The notes beneath the pieces are model-generated. The model saw only the letters and a program-made list of their open reading frames with translations. It had not been told where the DNA came from and did no database searches. The translations under genes and the position numbers were made by a program. Shown piece after piece: positions 37,427 through 48,415 of a DNA stretch of 64,000 bases (the first letter of the stretch is position 1; each line of letters begins with the position of its first letter). This DNA comes from Minutocellus sp. GHC0000111 (Eukaryota): positions 4,154,001 to 4,218,000 of the forward strand of contig OZ361258.1 of the NCBI GenBank assembly GCA_977018835.1. Direction: 5' to 3'.

Positions 37427-38644
37427 ATGGCTTTCGACATGGTCACGGTCGAGCAACAATTTCGCCTCGAAACACCGCCGCCGCGGCTCAATTTGACGAA
37501 GGCATGTAGTGCATTCCTCAAGTCGGTCGCACCACATATATCGGTGGGATATGCGGCGATGGACTACGAAATCAACAGGCAGATGTTGCTCGAGGCCCAG
37601 AAGTTCCCTGGTGGGCACAATGGCCAGGACGATGGGTGGGACAATGACGACGATGTTGGGACGGTGGGCACCCTGACCACGACGGAGGCCGGCGAGATCA
37701 GTGAGGACGATGACGACGAAGACTATGTGCCCTGTTACGAGGACGAAGCTGATGTTGCAAGAGAGGACGCTACACATGAAGCATGCATGCAGCAGCACTT
37801 TGAGAAGAATCGTCAGAAGCACGGTGATGGCGAGCCAGAGATGGGAGCTGTCGATGATGCCGAGGATGACGATGCCCCTCACTTCCATTTCCTGAAAAAT
37901 GCCGGCATTGAGGCGGCCGACTCAGGTAAAATAAGGGCAGTGCTGGCAGAGTGCTGGAGAGCTTTATCTATTAATATTTCTGATGGCAACAACAAGAAGA
38001 AACCAAGGACAATAGAGTTCATCCACCATAACACCTCCACCAAAGGAACTCTCCTAGAGCACAATCGCGAGGAAGATGGCATGACGGATGACGACATCAA
38101 AGAGCTCTGCAAAGCTTGCTCTAATTTGCTCCACACTCTTGACGCAACATGTTCCAGGTTTCTGAAATGGTACATGAAATGGGATGATGAGGCAAAGAAG
38201 GCTGTGAGAGAGCTTGAAGCATTGATTGCAAGTGCCCTCAAGCAAGCACGGGCAATCGGTGTTAGCATAACGCCCAAGTGGCACTTGCTCGAAGATCACA
38301 TCTTGGACCAACACATTTGGCTAGCGAAGAATGGATGGGGCGGCATCCATTGGCTCGACGAATCGTTTGTAGAGCGAGCCCACCAAGAGGGCGTTAAGGA
38401 AGATCGTCGGACTCAGGGCGTCAAGGGATATGAGGCCCAACAGACGGCGCAGTTCAAGGCTGAGGAGAGGGCATCCAATCCAAAGGTCGAGGAGAGGCGG
38501 GAGCGAAACTCTCGGGTGGCAAGAACAAGGAAAAGGACAAGGACCGAAGCTGTTAAAGCAGAAACTGATGACAAGCGCCAACAAATGATCATGATGGCCA
38601 CCGATGGAGATGAGGATGTAGAGATGGGAGCAGGGCATGTATAA
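37427..38644 (+). mobile_element. Transposase-derived ORF, C-terminal part of a Transib/RAG1/Chapaev-like DDE transposase
   Basis: ITPKWHLLEDH...GGIHWLDESFVERAHQ parallels the H-x4-H zinc pair and catalytic-Glu helix of RAG1/Transib/Chapaev enzymes. No N-terminal DD region or TIRs recognised. Confidence 0.55.
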
Positions 38645-39332
38645 AATTAGAAAATGAAATTACACTACTACTGCACAATAACAAATGAATTGCATAATCC
38701 AACTTTTACAAACAGCATCGCGATTGAGCAAAAAAGTAAATTGTACACCCAAACAAACACATCACGTCCTTCTTAACTCACCCATTTATCTCCCAGACCA
38801 AAAAGTCCCTTTGTCGGGTTGATTGTTGCATAAACTTATCCCAATGCTATCTGTCTCTCCTCGGGCGCAAAATTATTGTCGGAATTCCGGGAGGTCGAGT
38901 GGGGATGCGATCGGTCGGGATCAGCGAGAGTCGGTCATACGGGGGGTGCGGCGCAATCCCGGCAGTTTATCATCAACAACAACGTGGGAAAGTACCAGAG
39001 GGTCTGGGGCATCACAACGGGAGCACGACGAACACAAAGACGGAGCAATGGTGCCACCCCAGAGAAACGAACGGCCGACAGATGGAGGAAAAGCAGGCCG
39101 ATGGTTCGTGGCGTTGATACGCAGCGGAGGCCAATCTGAGGATACATTAAGCTTCAACTATATCCAAATATGATAATGAATGCGTATTTGGTACGAAAAT
39201 ATAGTTATACGCCGGCGCAACGCCGACGGACCACCATGGTGTTGGACGGTCAAAGAATGGGTGACGAACGAGATTGGGTTTTGGTGGGTTTCTTCGTGAC
39301 GTGTTCGTCTTCTGCCGAAAAACGCTTCATCC

Positions 39333-39397
39333 GACCGGCGAAACAAGACGAGATGGGGCTGTGGACCGGCGAAACAAGACGAGATGGGGCTGTGGAC
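39333..39397. repeat. 31-bp direct tandem duplication (also at 56739-56803)
   Basis: GACCGGCGAAACAAGACGAGATGGGGCTGTG occurs twice in tandem. Confidence 0.85.
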
Positions 39398-39644
39398 TGC
39401 AGGCAGACATTGCAACATGCAGACGCCGGCCCCCGCCCCCAGCTGGCGAAAGACGACCTCGGGTTTAAATGTCTGTACATGTAGTCGTAATCATCAGCTC
39501 TTTGATTAGATTGATGATTTACCAGTATTCGCAAAGGACAATGTAAGTTACATCCTTTAGAAGCTGGCCAGCCGCAAACGCATGTACCGGTGATAATGAT
39601 CAGCTTGACATATCAATTCAGCACAATTATCCACCGGTGCCTGC

Positions 39645-40744
39645 CTACGCTGCAACAAGCTCAACAGAATCTCCAGGCATGATTCGGCCAGGCACAACAA
39701 CCCTCGCGTACCACCCACGAAACCCATCGTCAATGCCAAGTTTTTCTATGAAAGATTGGCACTTCTCAATGCGTTGCCTTGGCTCCAGTAGCTCCGTATT
39801 GATGAAGGGCAGGTTGCAGAGATCTGAGAGAGAACGTTGTTGAATTGCCAGGGCATAAAAGTACAAGAGTGAGTAATAAGATCCCCATCTCATGCTCACG
39901 TGACGGTGCAAAGCTATTGTATACCAATATAACGATACTCACTTGCACACGGAACTGCCGGCTCGGTGATTTCTATTATTGCCCCATCGACTCCACCTTC
40001 TTTTTTGGAGAAGCGATACATCTTTCCGACCTCAAAAAACGTATAACTCAATTCATCGACCAACACATTTTCGCCCAAATCTCCGTCCTGTAGTCGACTA
40101 AATATTGGCTCGTCACGGACGTATGCCAGCACATCCGAAGTTAGGATGCATACTGCTCGGTCGGGTGTGCTTCCCAATGCCATAGTTCTATAGTGATTGT
40201 AGTCACCACTGACGCCAGAGGGCTCGATATCAATAAATGGTTGGGAGTCCTTCCGTGTCGTGTAGCCAGGACGACCTGGTTTGCTTTTGTCACCCTGATT
40301 ATTCCGATATGCAGTCCTTGTTACCTTCCCGATACCCCTCTTTCTCTGTTCCTCTATTGCAGCGTCAATTGCGTTGTCATCCTGTTCCTCGGTCATTGTG
40401 GCTATGAACGACGATGCTCTCTCCACTAAGCTGCTGATGGGATTCAATCCGAGGAATAACGATGATGAAGATGTTGTCCTCCTCCTCTTCCTCCCCGTTA
40501 TGCCTCCACTCCATTTCTGCTCTACATCGATTCTATACTTTAGTCGACGGAACGAGTCGGTGTCCTTGTCGAACGCTCTCGATGCAAATGCCAGACGAGT
40601 GTCGTCACCGGTCAATGGTCTGGCGGTACTTGCTCTATTGCTGGAAGAAAATCCAAGAGTGACCGCAAACAAGGCGGCGGCAAGAGCAGCAATGATGACA
40701 CCCTTTGACTTTGGCAATGGTGAAAGGGCGCTCATGGTCTTCAA
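39645..40744 (-). CDS. MOSC-domain protein, probably plastid-targeted; exons 40744-39943 and 39823-39645
   Basis: GDLGENVLVD, IEITEPAVPCANL, RGWYARVVVPGRIMPGDSV. GTGAGT...CTCAG intron 39942-39824. Leader ending TLG-FSS. Confidence 0.85.
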
Positions 40745-40958
40745 TTTATCTCACCGCGGTCCAAGGCCGATGAAGACGGGTGCTGGTGGACGCGGCAAAG
40801 TGGCAGCAGGCAGACAGTGACGTACTTTACGGGGGATTCCCAAAAGATACGTGCGGCGGCGGCGGCCTCGTGTGGTGTGGCGCCAGTCCACCAAGCAATC
40901 ACAAAAAGAAGAGCACTCAAAGTTTGACATACAGGTACCGGTACTACGTAGCTAGGCT

Positions 40959-42950
40959 CTAAATCAAGATCTGCACATCGTTAGTTTCCTCAGGTTCCAA
41001 CAATTTGCCAGTCTTCTCAAAGCGCTCCAAATCATGGTATGTGAGCTGTGCCTTTGGATCTACTATTGTGTTTGGCCAACCGTCAATATTATAATCCCAG
41101 GGCCGAAACAGTGTCTCCACATCTCCAATCTCCCCCAATTGTTCATGGTGCCATTTTTTTACGTAAGACCCACGTGGATCGTACCGCATCGCCTGTGATA
41201 TTGTGCGAAAGTGTCTGTTCTTGGGATCTGATCCCACTCCACTAAAATAAGCCCAGTTACCCCAGTTGGCGGCAACGCAAAAGTCATCGAGAAGGAATTG
41301 AAACAGCTCAGCACCAGCGCGCCAATCAATCTTGAGATCTTTTACCAAGAATGAAGCTGCATTTTGTCGAACTCGATTGGAGCAGTAACCCGTTTGGAGA
41401 AGTTCCTTCATCGCTGCATCCACTAGAGGAAAGCCGGTGCATCCCTTCGCCCAGCATTCCCATTCCTGTGCGTGGTTCGATGGGTCGTTCCATGCCAAAT
41501 CTCGTCCCTTCTTGTGCGAAAGAGAAGGGTCAGCCCCCTCCAATTGAAATATTTTACGACCGTTCCGTAGAAAATAATACAAGAAGTAATCTCTCATTTC
41601 CATGTGCGAAACGAGCCACTTGGCATCGTCTCCAGCCTTTGAAGCCTCCTCATAAATTGTCCTCGGCGACAGACAACCATAAGCAAGATGTGCGCTAAAT
41701 TTCGAGCTGTCATCGTTGGTGATGACATCTGCCAATGAACGATCAGCCTTCTCAGCTCTGCCACTGACAATAAAATCTTTTAAACGTTTGAGCGCGGCCG
41801 TTTCTCCGCAGGAAGTTGATTTGGCGTCCGACGAAGCACATGCGTGATCGATAGCCGATACCAAGAATTCTCCAGATAGACCCATTATCGGCTTCGACGT
41901 AGCATCTGATGCAATAGAATTCACCAGTGGTTCATACAGTCCCCGAAGTTTCCGCATGCTACCTGAATCAAAATTGTCATTGAACGCAGATGGAGTTCTC
42001 AATTTGGTCGGAGCTGCAAGAGCCGGTCGGACTTTTGCAAACGACCGAACAGCGCGTCGGTAATCCCCCATCACTGTGCACATCCCACCGAATCGCTTTT
42101 GCGACACATCCACGAGTTTGTGTTGTGGCACCCCATATTCTTCCGGCCATTGCTCCATGTTACTCCTACTCATGGTACCTCTTGCATTGGTTTTCTTCCT
42201 TGCCTTCTTTTCGGACTGCTTCTGCTTGGGATGCGCCAAAATCCTCCAGAGACCAGCATCACCACCGGGCGGTAGATCGTCGGGATGATAGAGGGAATAT
42301 CCCATGTCGGTCACCACACGAACCCCATCGGTGTGAAAGCACAACTCTTGAAACATTTTTTGCGACTCATCCGTCTCCTCTGTTCCTGGTATCTCATTCC
42401 AATGCACTTCAGTCGCGCCGATTTCTCGTGCCAGCGAGGGCACAATATCCACCGGATCACCAACTCGTATTATCAATTCTCCACCTATCGATCTGATATT
42501 GGCCCGCAAATCCGATAAAGCGTGGAGCAGATACCGCGCCGCGTGTGGTCCAACTCGAATGGCATCCCACTTGTTTGGTAGACACGTGGAGGGAACGGGT
42601 GCAAAGTCACGCGGGTTGATGACGTACACGCTGAGGCAGGATGCGGATGAAGTACTTGTGTCGAGGTTAGAGTAGAGAGAACTGGCATGAAGACGCAAAT
42701 CGCGCCGGTGCCAGATGAGCCGTACCCCACTATCTTCATCTTCGCTATTACCGATATTGGACATCATGCCGATCGTGACGAAAGATCGCTTGGAACGAGA
42801 TGTAGAATTATTTCCACTGTTTGGGTGAAAAAATGAACGCACAAAAGTCGGCTTGGAGCAAAATACACTAGTCGGATGAAGAAACGAACGGACAGGAGTT
42901 GGGTAAAGGAGCGCAAAGAGGGACGCCAAGCAGAAGAAGACGGACCTCAT
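40959..42950 (-). CDS. Cryptochrome DASH-like photolyase-family protein, probably plastid-targeted
   Basis: WHRRDLRLH, GETAALKRL, SSKFSAHLAYGCLSPR, TGFPLVDAAMKEL, SNRVRQNAASFL, NWGNWAYFSGVGSDP. Signal peptide from ATG 42950 ending VRS-FLH. Confidence 0.9.
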   Translation of the reverse strand: MRSVFFCLASLFALLYPTPVRSFLHPTSVFCSKPTFVRSFFHPNSGNNSTSRSKRSFVTIGMMSNIGNSEDEDSGVRLIWHRRDLRLHASSLYSNLDTSTSSASCLSVYVINPRDFAPVPSTCLPNKWDAIRVGPHAARYLLHALSDLRANIRSIGGELIIRVGDPVDIVPSLAREIGATEVHWNEIPGTEETDESQKMFQELCFHTDGVRVVTDMGYSLYHPDDLPPGGDAGLWRILAHPKQKQSEKKARKKTNARGTMSRSNMEQWPEEYGVPQHKLVDVSQKRFGGMCTVMGDYRRAVRSFAKVRPALAAPTKLRTPSAFNDNFDSGSMRKLRGLYEPLVNSIASDATSKPIMGLSGEFLVSAIDHACASSDAKSTSCGETAALKRLKDFIVSGRAEKADRSLADVITNDDSSKFSAHLAYGCLSPRTIYEEASKAGDDAKWLVSHMEMRDYFLYYFLRNGRKIFQLEGADPSLSHKKGRDLAWNDPSNHAQEWECWAKGCTGFPLVDAAMKELLQTGYCSNRVRQNAASFLVKDLKIDWRAGAELFQFLLDDFCVAANWGNWAYFSGVGSDPKNRHFRTISQAMRYDPRGSYVKKWHHEQLGEIGDVETLFRPWDYNIDGWPNTIVDPKAQLTYHDLERFEKTGKLLEPEETNDVQILI

Positions 42951-43134
42951 GGCGGACTGGCTGGCTGGCCGAGAAAATGAAGGCAGAGCCGCCACGGAGA
43001 GTGCAGAGAGGCCACTGAGTCATCCAGTCGAACGAGTCGTCGGTCTGTCCTTCGCTCATAAGACCGGGTGTCTGTCAAAGATCGAGAGGCTGACATTCGC
43101 CATTTTCGGCTTGTATCCTCCAATCAAAGCAACC

Positions 43135-44907
43135 ATGAAGTTCACCGCCGCCTTCTGCATCCTGGCCACCGGCGCCTCGGCCTTTGGCCTCCAGACCCCC
43201 GCCAAGGCCGCCGTCCGCGCGGCCGCCAAGGCCCCCTTCATGCCCGCCAAGCAGGCCAAGGCTCCCATGGTCCAGCCCATCGACATCGACGGAGTGAGTT
43301 GCATGCATGATGCATTATCAACGGTGGATTTGGAGACATTGCGCGGAAGTATGTGTGTGTGTGACACATATCGTGTCGGAGTAGCGGCGAGCGGAGTGAT
43401 AGCCAGAGAATATCGTCGGGATGCACGATGCTGTACGCTGGTGTGATTCATCGTTTTGGAGTTGCGGTAATTCATTTATGGCACAGCACATGCTGCAGCC
43501 GCAAATGCAATTTTTGGCGTTTGTGCTCGGAGGAACATGCCGATTATTGTACCGCAAGATACCGACGGTTCGATTGATCATCGGATCGACGAAATTATGG
43601 AAATTCCCCCCAATTATATGCCTGGGGTCGGCAGAGCTCCTCGGATGTGGTTGCTGGGGAATCCCTGGGCACATTTTCGCCAAAGATACGCTTGCGGTGT
43701 TCACCTGACACAGACGAATTCGCCGATCCGATGCAGCACGAAATAGATGTGATGGCCATTATCTCACCTTCATCTTGCCCTTGATTCCCTTCTTTCTCGG
43801 CATGCCGCCTTCATCAAACTTCCATCCCATCGAAACATGAAATAATCGCTCGGTTGGTTTATCACTCATGCACCGCACCGCAACACATAACAGACCGCCC
43901 TCCAGGCTTCCGCTTCCGCCGGCAGCTCCGACGCCCTCAAGACCCGCGGCGGTGCCCTTGACGCCCTCAAGAGCGTTGACACCCCCCTCCTGCTCTACTT
44001 CATCTTCTGGTACGTCGGCAACTACTACTACAACATCACCAACAAGCTCGCTCTCAAGGCCGCCGGTGGTTCCGCCGGTTTCCCCATGACCATCTCCTCC
44101 CTCCAGCTTGCCGTCGGCTGCATCTACGCCATCTTCCTTTGGGTCGCCCCCGACGCCCGCAAGGCCCCCTCCGTCACCATGGACGACATCATCAAGATGC
44201 TCCCCGTTGCCTTCTGCTTCATGGGCGCCCATTCCGCCTCCGTCTTCGCCCTCAGCGCCGGCGCCGTCTCCTTCGGACAGATCGTCAAGGCCGCCGAACC
44301 AGCCTTCGCCGCCGTCATCTCCCAGTTCCTCTACGGCAAGAAGGTCTCCAAGGCCAAGTGGCTGTGCCTTCCCATCGTCATCGGCGGTGTCATCCTCGCC
44401 TCAGTCAAGGAGCTTGACTTCGCCGTCTCCGCCCTCATCTCGGCCTGCATCGCCAACCTCTTCGCCGCCTTCAAGGGCAACGAAAACAAGAAGCTCATGG
44501 AGACCGAGGGCCTCAAGGACCGCATGGGCAGCGTCGGCAACCAGTTCGCCCTCACCACCATCCTCGGCACCCTCATGTCCATCCCCCTCGTCATTGCCAA
44601 GGAGGGCGCCAAGTGGGGCGAGTTCGTCGAGATCTTCAAGACCAACCCCATCGTTTCCGCCAACCTCATCGCCTCCGGCCTTTGGTTCTACGGCTACAAC
44701 GAGCTCGCCACCATGACCCTCAAGAAGACCGGCGCCGTCACCCAGTCCGTCGCCAACACCGCCAAGCGCGTCATCGTCATCGTCGGCGTTGCCATCGTCC
44801 TTGGCGAGTCCCTCGACCCCATCAAGCTCCTTGGCTGTGCCATCGGCATTGGCGGTGTCCTCCTCTACTCCACCATTGACACCCTCCTTGCCAAGAAGGA
44901 CGAGTAA
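43135..44907 (+). CDS. TPT: Plastid triose-phosphate/phosphate translocator; exons 43135-43293 and 43894-44907
   Basis: ASA-FGL presequence; WYVGNYYYNITNK, VSFGQIVKAAEPAF, SVANTAKRVIVI; strong C-ending codon bias; GTGAGT...AACAG intron of 600 bp. Confidence 0.93.
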
Positions 44908-45325
44908 ATATTGGGATATTGGAGAATCGAAGACTGTTATATATGTGTGACTCTATGGAAATGCTTTGTGGGTCGGAGATGCATCGCTTCGAGACTGCCT
45001 GTGTTGGGCAATTGGATCGGGACATGTGCGTACCCGCCTGCGGAACTGGATCCTAGCTAATGGTGTTGCGCCCATCTGCTGCATGTGGCGTAATCCGAAA
45101 CAAGATGAATTTTGACATATTTGCATTTCAATCCGAGGGGAGATCTATGAGTAGAATACCGCATATTGCTGCTTATAGATATCACAAATTGTTTTGCAAC
45201 GCAAAGGAATATCTGCATAGTTGATCATACTGTCAAGATATTTGTCACAATGTTTTTAAGAACTATGGGGGCATTGCAGCAAAGAGATCTCCATAACTCG
45301 CGAAAAGAATCAGCCTTCACCTTTC

Positions 45326-46179
45326 TTACAACTCATCCCGCTCATCCATTCCGCCCTTGGCGGTAAAGACGGCCTTCATGAGATTGAAATTGGACTCCTT
45401 CTTCAGCGTCTTGATCTTCAGATCGAATTCCTCCATAAACTTCTCGTATGCATCCTGCAACTTCTCAATCTCATCCTCCCGCTTCTCCTCGGTATTGTCA
45501 ATCTCGGTGATAATCCTGACAATTTCCGCCCTCAATTCATCCGTCGGCATGAGCTGGAATCGCTCGATCGCCGCCTTCTTGTCATCGTCGCAGAGGTCGA
45601 TATTGGACGGGCTGCAGCTGGGCTTGAGATTGTCCTTGGCGAAGGCCGCCATGGCCTCGTAATCGCGCTCGCCCTCGTAGTCCTCCAAACCGGCGGCCGT
45701 GTCGCCGAATTTCAGGGTGGGGAATCCCTCGATCCCCTCCTCGTCACACACAATCTCGGTATCCTCCGACGTGCAGTCTACCTCGGCGATGAGGGCGGAA
45801 TCGTTGTTGGCATAATCGGCGGCCAACTTCTCCCAATCGCTCGCCATCGATTTGCAGTGTCCGCCTGGGCATTTAGTTGGAAATGGGCAATGAAATAATG
45901 AGAGAGGTAAGAAGGGGTTGAAAGAACACGAACCTCAGATCCGTCACTTTTATTACTATTACGAGTTCTTATTGATTCCCATCAAAACCACGTGTAACTT
46001 TTGCAGACAAATGCTGAAATATTTGTGCGTCAAATGAATTTATTTGACTCACACCATGGCGCGAAGAATTTGATAAAGACCGGCTTCCCCGCGGTCAACT
46101 CTTCGTAATTTGCATCGGTCAGGCTGAGGACGTCGGCCGAGGCGGCGGTGACAAGGAGCGCAGCGGTAAGGAGCTTCAT
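45326..46179 (-). CDS. ER protein disulfide-isomerase-like thioredoxin; exons 46179-46053 and 45864-45326
   Basis: Signal peptide; FFAPWCGHCK is formed across intron 46052-45865; GFPTLK; C-terminal RDEL. Confidence 0.92.
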
Positions 46180-47195
46180 GGTTGCTTGGCTTTGCTTTTT
46201 TTTGCGTTGTTTTGCTTTTCGCATGAATTGCTGCTGCATTCTTTTGGTGGTCTCCGGGTTGTTTCGGCGATGTTGACTGATCCCAGGGGGGGGGGGCTCG
46301 AGGAGAAAGGGGAAGACAAGGGAACGGAAGGGACGGCGTCATGAATTTTTCTCTCCCCCTCTTTTTTTACTGTCGGGTTAATTGTTAATATAATTGTAAA
46401 ACCTGCCAGTAAAACGACAGCCAAAAAAGGTAATTTGTGAGACAATTTGTAATAAATATGATTCTTTTGACGAAACCTTTGTCATTTGTGATGCGTCTTT
46501 TCTTCGTCAGGTTAGAAAAACTGTCCGTCGTTCGTGTAAGGATCGGCAAATTAGCAGCATGAATTTTAAAAACTGCCAGCAAAATCACAATATTTTTCAC
46601 CAAGTGTTGAGACAATTATTGAAAATTATTGCTTTTTAATTAGTTCCTTTGCAAATTCCAGTGACGAAGAGGGAGATCTGATCTTTCTTTGTTCAAGGCA
46701 CCTTTGCATGTGCTGTCAAGGTGCGGCAAAAAGTGAATGCTTGCGCACTGTGCATTGCATCGCTGCATTTGAATCGCCAATTTGCATCTTTGCGCATCGA
46801 ACAGTGTCGTGTATTGGCATGCGAGCGCATTTCATCCCGACGAACGATTGGCGAAGTCTCATCGAACAGGCAGGTGCTGCAACATTTATTTGGGCACAGC
46901 AAGTTCGGGTGCTGTTGCCACTACGTGTTTCGTCAGCCATTGTTTGATTGGCATCACACGGCATCGCACGGATTTCTCTGTTATTACTGACTGATTTGAT
47001 CGTTTGTGTTAGCAGCAATGTCGTTTTCTTATCCCGGGCGAGACATCCAAACACATGCTCTTTCGATGCCTTTCTTTGGGCAGAATCCCATAACCAGCAC
47101 ATGGCTCACACCGTGTTGTGACACCAAGAAAGATAAGAAGTGCGGTCCTCGAAGTCATTCCACGAAATGGAGTTGGTTCCAATGGAAGAAATATT

Positions 47196-47609
47196 TCATG
47201 ATTGAGAGTAAACGACGGCATTAATGATTCGACTTTTCCCGGAGCCTCCTGGTCCAGTCATGAACATAATCATTTGCGACTTGCCTTTCATGGATCTAAG
47301 CTCATTTTTCATTCTTTGCAGTTTGGAACGAGTTCCCGTTCGTCCTGTTTCCGGAGCAGGACCAAACTCTTTTGCATCCTCAATCCATGTCAGAACAAAA
47401 GAACTAACAATGCATTTGAATGCTGAGGTCTGTTTCTCGTCCATGTGATGTCCTCGTGCCCAAGCTTTCATGGATTCCTTGGAGCCACAAGCAATGTCAG
47501 GAATCTTAAGCTCATCATCATTTTCGAATTGCCTCTGCTTGTTTCGATAGTCACCTTCTTTTAGCCATAGCGTAACCAGTGTCTCTTTGTGCGTCTTGCT
47601 TCTCCCCAT
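47196..47609 (-). pseudogene. PIF1-like helicase fragment (Helitron Rep-Hel type)
   Basis: DEKQTSAF...MIMFMTGPGGSGKSRIINAV corresponds to the Q motif and Walker A of PIF1/SF1B helicases; the ORF stops just after Walker A. Confidence 0.65.
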
Positions 47610-48133
47610 GAATGTTGGTTCCGATTCCGTTCTCTCTCGGCAGACTCTCTAGAAAAAAATACGGATCCCTTCTATGCATGAACTCATGGTGTTCAAGAAT
47701 ATCTCTCAAAAACTGCAGAGATTGAAAGCATGTCTTGGTCGCTTGACGACTTCGAGCTCTCTCAGCTAAAATGCCGCTGTGCGTCTTGTTGCAGAGACAG
47801 GTAGACTCAATGCAAAACATTGCTTCTGACTGGAACGTGTCTCATAAAAGACTCACAAGACGGACACTTACAATTGTCTCTGTTATGGCCATTTGTGTTG
47901 TTCAAACACACACACCTAAGACCGGAAATTGCAGTGGTCTGACTCAATTGTCCTAATTGACATCCAGCAATGACCATGCCCTGCAGATGTTGCAGACTTG
48001 CAATGTTTTCATGATGTCTGCTTTCACAACTCAGAAACACATCACGACATTGCCACACCTGCGGTTGTGTGCAAACCCATGCAAGTCAACTTTTTCCAAT
48101 TTGGCAAACCCGACGATGAATGGGACCAGACGT

Positions 48134-48415
48134 TTAACTATGTTCGAATCGACCGACACACCAATCAATCTCAGCATCAAGCAATGTTTGTGCCCTCCGT
48201 GATTTCAGGGCAAAAGGGAAACAAATTGTCCTAACATTGCTAAACTTTTGAAATGTTACAGCACTCATTTGGCGATCAGACACAATGACTAGTGACGACA
48301 CGCATTCGATCATGATCTCTCGAAAGTGTTTGCTAACTTCACAACAACGGACAATGCTCCCTTTCCCGCAAGATGGAAGAAAGGATGCAACAACTCCCCA
48401 AGCATCGTTGCTCAT
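48134..48415 (-). pseudogene. F-box-like gene remnant
   Basis: NDAWGVVASFLP...IVRCCEVSKHFR fits the F-box consensus (LP.E.W..I..FL......C..VSK.W); short and degenerate. Confidence 0.5.

Larger units (their letters stand above)
39127..46594 (+). repeat. Segmental duplication, copy 1 (matches 56533-64000)
   Basis: Shared sequence begins at GAGGCCAATCTGAGG. All ORFs recur with identical translations at a constant offset of 17,406. Confidence 0.97.

Noticed and set aside
36945..39126. TIRs around the transposase ORF (CACGAGACCA vs TGGTTCGTG)
   Set aside because: Match is too short and gapped; no TSD seen.
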